From Diadema antillarum (Eukaryota): a stretch of DNA of 64,000 nt. How positions within the stretch are numbered: the stretch's first letter is position 1; every line of letters starts with the position of its first letter. This document shows, piece by piece, positions 22,701-32,077 of this stretch. The notes beneath the pieces are model-generated. The model was not told where the DNA came from and searched no databases. It saw nothing but the letters and a program-made list of their open reading frames with translations. The position numbers were made by a program, and so were the translations under genes. The stretch covers positions 62,001-126,000 of the forward strand of contig NW_027270908.1 of NCBI RefSeq assembly GCF_040938485.1, given 5' to 3'.

Positions 22701-25700
22701 TAAAGACAGGATTTAGTTAAAATACGCGAAAGATTAAATACGCGCACTAAGAAGCAGTGAAACCCGGTTGTCGCATATGAACTCTAAACATTGAACTCAA
22801 AGAACTCAGTTATGAAACTACAGCAAAGATTTTGGATGTTTGAAACGCACATGCATGAAAGTCAAAAGAGTTAAAGTAAACTCTGAGAGGTTGTCATGTG
22901 TATGTAAATAGTCGATAACAATGTTATCTCCTTTTAAAGAAAGGGAGATGTGTTGATATACATATATGTTTGAGAAGTCTTTGCGATGATAAGTCTTGAG
23001 CAAAGACTAACCTGCCAGCTAAAGCTGGATGTAACATGATATGCCCCATGTGCAAAGGACACACTGGAAGAACCAGTTGAATAAAGGCACTCACACAGTT
23101 CACATCAACTCTACAATGTCTCCTCATTACTAAGAATCCTCCTTTCCAATTAAAGGCATATAAATGCCAAGACACCGCCGAAAGCCCAGTTTTGCAAAAT
23201 CTCCCGTTCTCCTGCTTGAGTTTTAATTTCTCCCGCCCTGGCTCTGTGTCTCCCACTTGAAATGATTTCTTACTTAATTTCATCGTACGTTGAAAAATGA
23301 GCCGTAGATAACACAAGAGAGCATCTAGAACCCTAGAGTTTCCAGGGTCCGCTAGGGGCCCTGGATCCCTGCTGCAAGGAATTTCGCACTTCGCGCTCGT
23401 GATGTGCGAGAAGCGCACATCAAGTTGGAGTCTCCCGTTTGCTAGGGGTTTCAGGAGGGAGAATCTCCAGATTAGAAGGTGCTTGGGGTTGGAGTCTCTG
23501 TATGTGTGTTGAGACACACCCTGCGTGTGTAAGCAAAAGGCTAAATTCAACATGTTGTTCCTAAAGAGTCTCATTGTTTGGCCCCCCTTGCAGTTGGTCG
23601 ATGGCTACATCCACTACGTCACCAGCTCAGTCAGTGTCCAGCTTGACCAGCGACCAGTCAGTGACGGGGAGTGGCATGACTTCTTGGCAGAGTGGGAGAA
23701 TAACACAGTGATTCTCTCAGTGGATTTTGATTGGGACCTGGTGAGTGTCCATGAGGAGACACTTTCAGCTAAGCTTTGTACTTGTTTAACAGAATTTTAG
23801 AATTGAAAAGTCTTCCATTTAGTAATAGCACATACTCTCCAACATTCTTGAAAAGAATGTTGGTAAAGGTAAAATAACAGTTATTGTTTAGATGAACACA
23901 TGTTGCACATTGAGGCTGACTTCAGTGTATGAAATGAAATAAGACAACTTATACATGTAGAACAGTGAGCTCCATATATCTATAAAAAAATGATAAAAAG
24001 TAAAGGCAGTTTAAAGGGTTTACATGTTTCCCAGTGTTTTCTAACAAAATTATATCTGTTAATTGTTTGTTCCTTCGGACGTGAATTAATGATGGTGCCA
24101 TGGTCCTTGGTCATATCGCCATGTTTGCTATCTTATGTAGATATTAAGTCCTTATGTTCAGAGAGGTGTGTAAACTCCAGTCTAATAAACATTTCCTGTA
24201 CTAACAGAGGTCTGTTCGAGCCTTGGACAGCCTTGACGGAGAGAGGGTGATCAGAGTGACGCTGGGAGGGATGTTGACAGAGGGCGCTCTCACCAATGGC
24301 TTCGCTGGATGCCTAATGGTATTGTTTCTGTCATCTCACCAGTGTGTTGATGACTGTGGGATAAATTATATCTTGCTAAGTGAAATAACCGGTACATGGT
24401 AGTATGAAAGTAGCATGAACATGGAGTGTGTAGATGTAGGTTTTAGTGCATGACATCACAGGACCCATTGAATATTCATGATCTCCTTAGGAAGCCATAG
24501 TTCAGAGATGAAACATCTCAGATGAATAAATGTATCAACAACCAGCTCGTTATTTTCATTTCAGATTCCAATCAAGAATAGCATAAATTTGAATGTAATC
24601 GAATTGAACATTGACTTTTGCAGTTTTGTATTCCATTATCCATGTACTTGTATTCAATATGATTTCATTCCCTTTTGAAGTTTGAAGTTTGAAGTTTATT
24701 ATTATCTATGTTCACATGTTTACATGGCATAATACATAATGAAAGACACCTGCATGAAATCATGATAAAAGGTACCAGAAAACAGCATGAATGCTAATCA
24801 AGTCTGATACCTGTCTAATACAAAGGTTCTAAAAAGGTAACAAGTACAGTACAATGAATACATGTAGCTCTAGTTTGAAAATACATGAAACATCAACATA
24901 TTTACATCTTTTTACATCATAATACATTAGTTTGAGTTGAAAACTTGACATAATACATTTTCTTTTGATCCCCTGTCCCCCGCCATCCTACCCAACCCTA
25001 CCCCTAGGGAATGTCCATCGGTGGTAGCCCCCTGGACCCCGCTGTGGGGGCGAGGACCAATGTGGAGGATGGCTGCAATGCCTCAGACTCCTGCCTGGAT
25101 GCAGACTGCCCCACCCAGAGCCAGTGTGTGGATCTGTGGGACCTACATGAGTGCCGTTGTGACAAAGGTGGGCTTTTCTCCCACACAGGTTCCATCTTGA
25201 TCCATCCACAGTCTGTCATAATTCTCCCAAACCACTGTTATTCTATTTTTCACTGGCATTTTAAATCATTATAATGTATTATCATTGCTCTCAGCTTCCA
25301 AGGATCAGACAAAAAACAGTGGAAATTGTAATGATTGTAGTAGACTATATAAGTTAGTCTGGCAAAATCTTTGGGTATACCTAAATATACAAAATAAAAT
25401 CTAGTAAAAGCTTGGGTTCTTAATAGATCACAGTAAAAGTGATCAGGGAAAGCAGATGAAAAGTGATTTTCATTCTTACTCATTTGAAGTTGGCATTTTC
25501 TGCAGCTCTGTAATGTATCTCTATCTGGAGTCTATATAATTCTGGTAAGTCTCTTTCATTCTTGTTTTTGGGTAGTTGACAGTATTTTTTGTTATTGTTG
25601 TTGCTGATCTGTCTTTAGTCCTGGAATAGTAATCCTTTGAAGTATCTCAGAAGTGAGCTGTGCCATGATGGGCAGGGCAGTGCACACTAGGTATGTGGAA

Positions 25701-28201
25701 TCAGTGGTGCAAGGTCACGTAATAAAATGTATAGAGCTTCTTCAATAATGTAATGTACAACAACACAGGAAAAGTCAGAGCAGCAACTCCTGATAACATT
25801 TGCAAAAATTTGATTCTTTGAATTTAAAAAATTGGGAGCATTTTCAACTTATTTTTCAGGTCATTTTGGCCCTGAATGCTTGTCAGCGTGCGAACTGGGT
25901 GCATGCCAGCACGGCTCCACCTGTGACCTTTCTCCGGAGACGGATCTTGGCTACAGCTGCACCTGCTCGGAGCGTTTCTATGGCGACCACTGCCAGCACA
26001 TGGTGGAGGAGTGCCCAGATGACTGGTGGGGATACCCGGTCTGCGGCCCCTGCGAGTGTGATGAGGAGATGGGGTTTGACCCCGCTTGCGACATGACCAC
26101 AGGGGAATGCCACTGCCAGGTGAGGACCAGGAGACTGGGACCTGGAACTCTGATTGTAGATTAGAATATTGGATTTTACAAAAAGTCCTCTTTTTTCTCC
26201 TTTAAAAATAAAAAGATTTTGAAATGCATGTTGTAGCCTATCTAGATCATATGATTTTGTTGAAATGTCTCACACTTGCATTATCTAAAGCCAAACAACA
26301 AAGCTGTTTTGTGACTTCTTTCTCAGTCTAAGAATTTGGTACTGTCAAATGTATGAGGTTCCATTTCTGTTTGTTATCAGGTATAAGTACAAAAGGAGTA
26401 TTATGCTATTCTGGCTATTTTTCTGATTAGTATAAGATTAGAAGTGCAAAAATGTTTATTGACAATATTACTGAAAAGGAAATGTTTCGTAATCATAATT
26501 ACTGTTGCTGTCCCCTACTTCTGGAACGGTATCCTTTTATTTGATTTTTTTTTTTTATCATGTGCTTGTTAAGCTAAAAATGACCTTTCTTGGATGTGAA
26601 GGCATTAGCAAACCATGAGGAAGAGAAAAGATGACCAAAAAAAAAAAAAAAATGAAACCAAACCACTCAAACTTCCTGCATCGTATACCCATGGATATCT
26701 TACACCAATTAAAATTCCCTTGGTATATATTATCAAGTGTTATCTCATTATTGTCAGATTTCAATGAAAGCGGTCTTGCATCTGACTCCTTCCACACAGG
26801 AACACTTCTATCGCCCCTTAGACAGTGACACCTGTTACCCCTGTGACTGCTATGAGGTTGGATCCTCCAGTCAAGACTGTGACCAACAGACCGGTCAGTG
26901 CTCCTGCAGGAGGGGGGTTAATGGCCGGCGATGCGATGCCTGTGATGACCCCCATGCAGAGGTCACAGCCAGTGGATGCGAAGGTAGTAACCTTGACCAG
27001 CTGAAACTATTTTCTTCTGGTTGATGTTCACTAAAAGAACAACTTTATGTTAGGATTTTTTAATGTGCTTTAAAAAAAAAAATTGCACATTAAATGATGT
27101 ACACCAAGGATTTTTTTTTTGAACAGGGGTCCATTTCAAGAAAGTCTTATGAGAGATGTTTCCTTCATATGACACAATTATGAGAGACTTCATGAAATGG
27201 ATTTACTTTTCTATATTGCTACATATGAGCAACCTCTGAGGTTAATGTAAAGACTTTTTTGCGATTACTTCATGAAACGAACCCGTGGTAGATTAGAAAG
27301 TTTGTTTACAATACCATCATCACTCAGTACTATAGAATACAGATAGAGATATATTTTGTAGCACTTGTTTATAAGATGTTTTCATGTTTTGAGTAATGAT
27401 ATCACATTCTAGGACTCTGGCTGTGAATCTGTAGCATTCCAAGCACACACATGCAAATACAAGCACACATTATGCCCTCAAAACCACATGAAAAATAAGA
27501 GAGAAATTTTGTTGTACAACAGTAATATATATCAGGTATATAAAAGACAATTGTACAAAACTAGTATATAAATATTTCCTTTTGCTACAATCAGTAGACC
27601 TAAAGTACTAAACACTGGACATTACTGGTGTATACATAAAAAATTGCCATGAACACATGTACATCTGTAATTTTGACATTGTGTGTGTTGGCGTTTTCTT
27701 TGATACTAAATGCAGAAATTTGTGTGGCACATTAATTTTTGCATATTTTGTCTTATTTTTGGCTAGAGCGAATTCTAAAACCCATTAAAAAATCTAATAA
27801 TCTTATCTGCATGTGTTGAATGGATTGAAAATTGAGCAGCGCAAATTCATTAACCTGCAAATATGTTTTTGAGCCACTCAATGTGAAAATTTTTCCACGC
27901 AAAAATATTAATGTTTACAGAATGTTATCCAAATTATTGTCCTTACAATACTAACTGTATATTTCACGTATATAACTGATTCTCTCTCTCTCTCTTCCCC
28001 TCCTCAGTTATCCATGGATTCTGTCCCAAAAACTTTGATGAGGGTCTCTGGTGGCCGAGAACCCAATGGGGCGGGACAGCGACTGTAGACTGCCCAGTGG
28101 GGAGCTACGGCACTGCTACTGCTACACGGTCGTGCGACTTTGAAAAAAGATGGCAGATGCCAGACCTATTGAACTGTACCTTGGAATACATGTATAAGTA
28201 G
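6413..28201 (+). CDS. CELSR: Flamingo/CELSR-derived cadherin-EGF-LamG protein, 14 exons, 1454 aa, lacking EC2-5 and lacking GAIN/7TM
   Basis: Hand-spliced exons, all GT-AG with matching phases: 6413-7382, 7828-8598, 8995-9615, 12319-12490, 12876-13080, 13387-13496, 15118-15413, 16437-16600, 23594-23740, 24208-24318, 25008-25167, 25860-26119, 26800-26983, 28008-28201 (total 4365 nt, TAG at 28199-28201). Segments are collinear with vertebrate CELSR as I recall it, e.g. LQERIYVKRNQL..LPFSDDLC, SFATRKPSGMIFYNG..HDFIALE, LDLTGPFFLG, CPDDWWGYPVCGPCEC, CPKNFDEGLWWPRTQWG. The symbol denotes family, not 1:1 orthology. Confidence 0.9.
9998..10381. mobile_element. MITE in CELSR-like intron 3
   Basis: Imperfect TIRs CAGGGCTGGCGGA / rc CATGGCCGGCGAA, 5-bp TSD CAAAC. 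Confidence 0.7.
13570..13948 (-). mobile_element. tRNA-derived SINE, probably Deu/Nin-domain type
   Basis: Head GGGCGGTGAGTTGGTTCAGTCGG (A box) and GGTTCAAACC (B box). The central GTCCCTCGGATAGGACATAAAACGGAGG..GCACGTAAAAGATC resembles the Deu domain as I recall it. (AAAC)n tail. Confidence 0.8.
17801..23174 (+). mobile_element. Intact Ty3/Gypsy (Mag/SURL-type) LTR retrotransposon
   Basis: 226-bp LTRs at 17801-18026 and 22949-23174, TG..CA, identical by eye. 5-bp TSD CCGCC. PBS TGGTGTCAGA at 18027 (tRNA-Leu-like). Polypurine tract AAAGAAAGGGAGA just before the 3' LTR. Confidence 0.96.
18681..22586 (+). CDS. Gag-Pol polyprotein of the Gypsy element (single ORF)
   Basis: Double CCHC knuckle (CGRCGNRHAMYSC..CKKCGKMNHFAKC), protease LDTGA, RT MMDD, RNase H DASKNGLGAVL/YAQIEKE/TDHKPL, integrase HHCC plus D-D-E (ADLL, TDNGPQF, NGQAE). 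First ATG at 18681. Confidence 0.95.
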   Translation: MANLTQPAPLDLRGNLSENWKRFKQRFTLYNVASGMSRKDDKAQTSMLLHVIGDAALDIYNTFTFAEGDEMKLEKVLEQFEKYCTPKKNVTYERHKFFTRSQGVSENIDQYVTELRNRAQSCEFGELTDGLIRDQVICGITDGGLRERLLREDDLTLQKALQICRAAEITRAQAQELGSKADVSVPVDALNKKKKAVNPGKRSGPPRWKQKSQSQSHGQNSQACGRCGNRHAMYSCPAQGKVCKKCGKMNHFAKCCKSRVQVNELQSNSKDESFLVDVVESQESCDEWKVNLIVNERQVLFKLDTGAQTNLLPESVYQTLKPKPKLSSANVKLTGYSGVEIPVKGRCFVQVKHKNLTENMSFLVTPGNRQPLLGLQACDKLKLVKRVLNVAKNTHDEKMSVEDYEDVFEGLGCVPGKHHITVTENARPVQHACRKVPFPMREKLKEELDKMERMNVIEPVDTPTDWVSSLVIVQKKTGQLRVCLDPRDLNRAVKREHFQLPSRAEITAQFAGAKYFSKLDASSGFWQIQLDDESSRLCTFITPFGRYRFLRLPFGICSAPEVYHKIVHQLFAHIPGVNTMMDDIIVWGATQEEHDLRLKEVLETARKNNLKLNREKCEFRVNKLTFIGDVISDQGVQPDPKKVAAIQNMERPQCKQDVQRFLGMINYQGKFIADLSTKSEPLRSLLEKRNEWVWTDAQEHAWQELKKALSTEPVLHFYDCAKPTKLSADASKNGLGAVLLQKHDQDWVPIAYASRAMTDAETRYAQIEKELLAITYSCERFHQYIYGRQVEVETDHKPLIPLFVKPLCDCPLRIQRLLIRVQRYDLKVSYTPGKYMYTADTLSRAVDPESKPDVMREEDIKVYVDAFVMNMPVTSNKRSQFVDETKKDTALQELLAVIRDGWPERKQQCPVSVREYWNIRSELSEAQGIIFKGSKIVVPATMRREMLQKIHEGHLGIEKCKRRARDVLYWPRINHDVAEMVQNCNACLTYQPKQQKESLQPHMVPDRPWQKVAADLLTLDNKEYLVIVDYFSQYIELCSLSTTTSRAVINSMKAVFARHGTPCELITDNGPQFSSREFQQFTAEWDFRHTTTSPYHPQSNGQAENAVKIVKNLMRKSKHSGQEVLRALQVYRSSPLECGKSPAELLFNRRIRTNLPMAEKLLDPQHINARSVKERKEGQKQKQKKHFDKHARDLPHLKVGDHVKLQDMNTGRWSQGGVIKKTLPHRSYLVQTETGEIRRRNRRHLRPDPRRGQDERQPAQRYDDDDDNVNAPMVDETTRNATSVKSTRSGRIVKPPIRLDL

Positions 28202-28433
28202 ACTATCTTTGTTGGGATGCAACAGCTCTTATGGCACCTTTCAACCACAGAGAAAAAGTAGGCACTGGGATTGATCAGCACAGTGGTTGCATACGCAAAA
28301 TTCACTACACAATATATGTGAACATGGAATAAGAGTTTAAATAATCATGGCGAGCCACAGTGATAATGTTTACTAATCAGCATTTTCAAGTGTTACTGTT
28401 GCCTTGGGCAAGGAACATCGCCATTAAATACCC

Positions 28434-28599
28434 GGGTCTAGGGCAAATACCCCCTGGGCAATTACCCCGGACCATTCCCCTGGCCCTTATCCTAATCCTA
28501 ATTCTGAACCTAATCCTAACCCTAACCCAAACTCCTAACCCTAAACCTAACCCTAACCCTAATCTTTACTCCAACCTTACCACTAACCAGTATTTAGCC
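28434..28599 (+). mobile_element. Dispersed repeat with degenerate (CCCTAA)n core, Helentron/HINE-like
   Basis: GGGTCTAGGGCAA(A/T)TACCCC start, telomere-like core, CAGTATTTAGCC end; second copy inverted at 37160-37333. Confidence 0.6.
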
Positions 28600-28829
28600 A
28601 GTTTTGCAGTTTTGAACATGGAATACATGTAGTTAGCACTTGTGGTGTACAAATAGTTGTAACGATAATAGTAGGTTCCTATTGACAGGGGCAGTAATGA
28701 CAAAATACTTTCATTCATTGTCATTATAGCTTATGGTAATTATCATCAGTAGGAAAAACAGATTTTTTTTTTTTTTAGTATCATCAAGTCATTTTATCTT
28801 TTAGTACCGTTATAAACTTTTGTTATTTG

Positions 28830-28835
28830 AATAAA
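28830..28835 (+). terminator. Candidate polyadenylation signal of the CELSR-like gene
   Basis: First AATAAA I could find after the TAG at 28201. Confidence 0.35.
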
Positions 28836-31800
28836 CACACATAGGGCCTACTGTGCATGTGAGATATCAAATGTTCTGTCATCTTTTCTTTTTTGAGAAA
28901 CATTACTATATTATTTTAATGGGCGACAAATGTGGCTGATGTAGATGTGTGAATTACTGTCTTTTAAATGTTTAATACCTTGTGCCAAACCTTTGATTTG
29001 TCTACACGACATTGGTTTTTAATTGCACCTTTTTCATGGGATCATTTTAGTAAAAAAAAAAAAGACAACAACCTACCACAACATCCCAAGTCTTAAATAA
29101 ACAAACCTCTAAATATGCTAATGTTTCCTTTACCAGCCAGTGAGTGGCATTAAACTTGTGCTGGAGCATGCCTTTACCAATGTGAATAGCTTGCTTGCTT
29201 TTCTGGATCATGTAAAGAAATTGATATCAAGCACAAAACAAATCTAAGTTGACTGGGGAAGCATCATCTTTCTAATCACATAGGGTCCTTCCAAATACGG
29301 TCCCTAGCTATTAACAGGCTCACTCAATACACTGGTCATTTGTCACACAGAACACCAATACAACAAACTACCACTCACTATCACAATGTAAATGATTTTT
29401 CTTCCCTCTGATATGATACAATTTTAATCTAACAAAGCAATTTTACTGGCCCTGGAGGACTTTGTTTGTAGGAGAGTCCTTTGCAACAAACCTGTGACAT
29501 ATCATAAGTTTCAAATACATTTTATTTTTATTTTCCTCATCTTGCACACTAATATTTATTAAGTGACTGTATATCTGTACTCTGTTCAGTGTGTCTCCTA
29601 AAGATAAACCAGAACTTTTGTTTGTGCTTTGTTATGGTCAATCTGCAAATGGTGGATAGTAAGTTATAATTAGAATATACATGTACTTACAGTTCAAATG
29701 GTCTTAATCTGTTAAAAAGGCCTTTTTGGAAAAATAATACTTTTCAAATGAGAAATGAAAGCTGCATAAGAATATGATTGCTGTTTAGCATTGATCTTTA
29801 ATGCACATCTGTTCATCACAAATTATTTACAACATCAATGGAAAGATGAAATGATGATGTGGTACAAGTACCCTGGTACAAGCTGTAGTCACAATTGGAC
29901 ACTTATTACAAGAAGGGGGATGACAAATCCTCCATTTTCCTTTCGTACTAACAGCCCTCATTTCGACAGCTGGGGAGTGGATGTCAAACAGAAAATATGT
30001 CACTTCCAAATGCAGAATAACGTTTTTAAAAATCCATAAATAAAAAGCTAAAGAAAATTATTTCAAGTGGAAGTTAAAATCTTAAAAACATGAAAATACC
30101 TTGATGCATTTGCGTGAAATGCATTGTCACAATGAACAACAGAAATATTTCTGCTTACATTGTAGCTCTGCCATAGCTGGAGGTAGTTTGAACCTATAAT
30201 TTACACATTCTGTCTTTAAGACACTAAATGCTACAATATGCAACTTGGGTCACCACTAGACGAAGGTAGAAAGATGGAACTGTAATGCACTTGTGGTGTA
30301 GAGTTATCAGCATCCCGAAATGTGTTTCTATGAGTGACTGCATATGTGCCCCATTGAATTATGACTGCAGGTCAATGTTCACGATATGTGTATTGGTTGG
30401 TAATTTTCAAACATTTTCTTCCGGCACAAATCATTTACTCTTCACCAACTTCATTTCAAAGTCATGACCAGTGCAGATTAAATTAATTGAAGTTATCAGC
30501 AAGCAGGCAAAAGAGCAAGCATAACAGGCAAAAAATGGAGAGCATGGGGGGGGGGGGGGGGGCAAGGGAGAAAGCAGGTAAAAATATAAACATATAAAAA
30601 CAAAAAGATTGTTAAAATGAGACACAGATGTGGAGAAAAGTCAACATCTTTGCCTCCGTTGATTCAGGTGTACGAATATCAGTATGTTACTGACTCATAC
30701 ACATAGCCTATCCTGGCTGCAATAACCTCAATAAAATCATATTTCCTCATTGATCTGTCGACAGTCAACAAGCAAGTAACAAAACACGCGGATGACAACA
30801 GTAAAAACACCACAGCTGCAAAGGAAGCAAGTGAGCAAGCATAGTGACCAGAAAAGCAAACCAGCAATGCTGTTAAAAAAAGAAAATAAAATAAAACTGC
30901 ACACCAATCAAAAATTGTTCCATCAAAGCAAAAGGGAGGAGCAACAAAATTTACCATCTTTTTGACATTCTGAATACATCAATGATACATTTCTGGGTTC
31001 ATACACTCAGTTTGGAGAAATGTTATTGCTTAATTGTTACCCAACCATAACATTTGATGTTCCAAATCAAACGTATGTTCCTCCTTGTTACTCGTCTAGC
31101 AGCACACAATTTACCAAAGTTCACAAGCCATCAACCTTTTGAAGATTTAACATATAACCTTTTACAAAGTGTATACCTAGTTGATGCACATTCTCACTGA
31201 AGTAAACTGCTGTACATATTTTCATCCATATTCATCTCATCATTTTTAATGCAGAACTTGTCCGCCCAACACTTCATGATCAATATGTGTTACACAAATC
31301 TTGCCTCACCATCGACATAAATTTCTTGCATGATACCCAATGAAAAACTGACCCATTAAATCTCCTGTTATCAAACCCAAGAGAACAAATTTTGCTCTAG
31401 TGCATTGTAAGAATCTCCACAAGAGACTTTTCAAAACCCTGTACCGTTCCTAAAAAAATTAAATTCACCAAAGTGACCACTACCCATTTTAATCCAATGC
31501 ACCTCATCATCCATGTGTCTTCATCATTTGGAGGTTGACACATCTTAATACTGTTTATCTTGAGCATATTCCACATTATCGAGCAAAAGATGGCAGATGA
31601 AATCTTCACATTCATGAATACAACCAAACTTCATTTCTTCATCTGAGAAACCTATCTTGTAAGGTTGTAGCTCTAATTGAATAAGGCTGCAATAGGGACA
31701 CAGAATGCCAATAGAACATCAATGACTTAAAATTTGTCTCATGAACTTGGCATGATGCATATACATCCATGTATTTGGAAGCAATTGGTCCTTTAGAACA

Positions 31801-32077
31801 AAGCAGTAATTTTTCTCTCAACTAAAAGATAGTCTTGCAGTTTCTGTCCTTAGATGGGAATGACAATCTCAGGACGGCATGGTGACACTAAATTTACAAC
31901 AACAAAATTACAGGAAGAAATATGAAAATAGTCGTTCTCATTCCTTGATCTTGCGTCAAATATCTGCAAACAAAGTTGGAACCCTAGGCAGGCCTTTCAA
32001 CAAGAGCTACGACCTTTGTAAAGATTTCTTAACAATTCTTTGATTGTTGCTCCACCAACAGTAGACACTGTAAAACC

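Larger units (their letters stand above)
17758..23500. mobile_element. hAT-like MITE (~364 bp when empty) interrupted by the Gypsy element
   Basis: 13-bp TIRs CAGAGACCCCAAC / rc CAGAGACTCCAAC, 6-bp TSD TATGTG on both sides. The superfamily assignment is inferred. Confidence 0.8.

Noticed and set aside
27126-27284. Harbinger-like MITE
   Set aside because: Inverted ends are only partly matched and no TSD could be read; too weak to call.
28202-32077. Hidden GAIN/7TM exons of the CELSR-like gene
   Set aside because: No CELSR-like peptide seen in any frame here or in AUH introns; the short hydrophobic ORFs are low-complexity T-rich artefacts. tBLASTn would be decisive.
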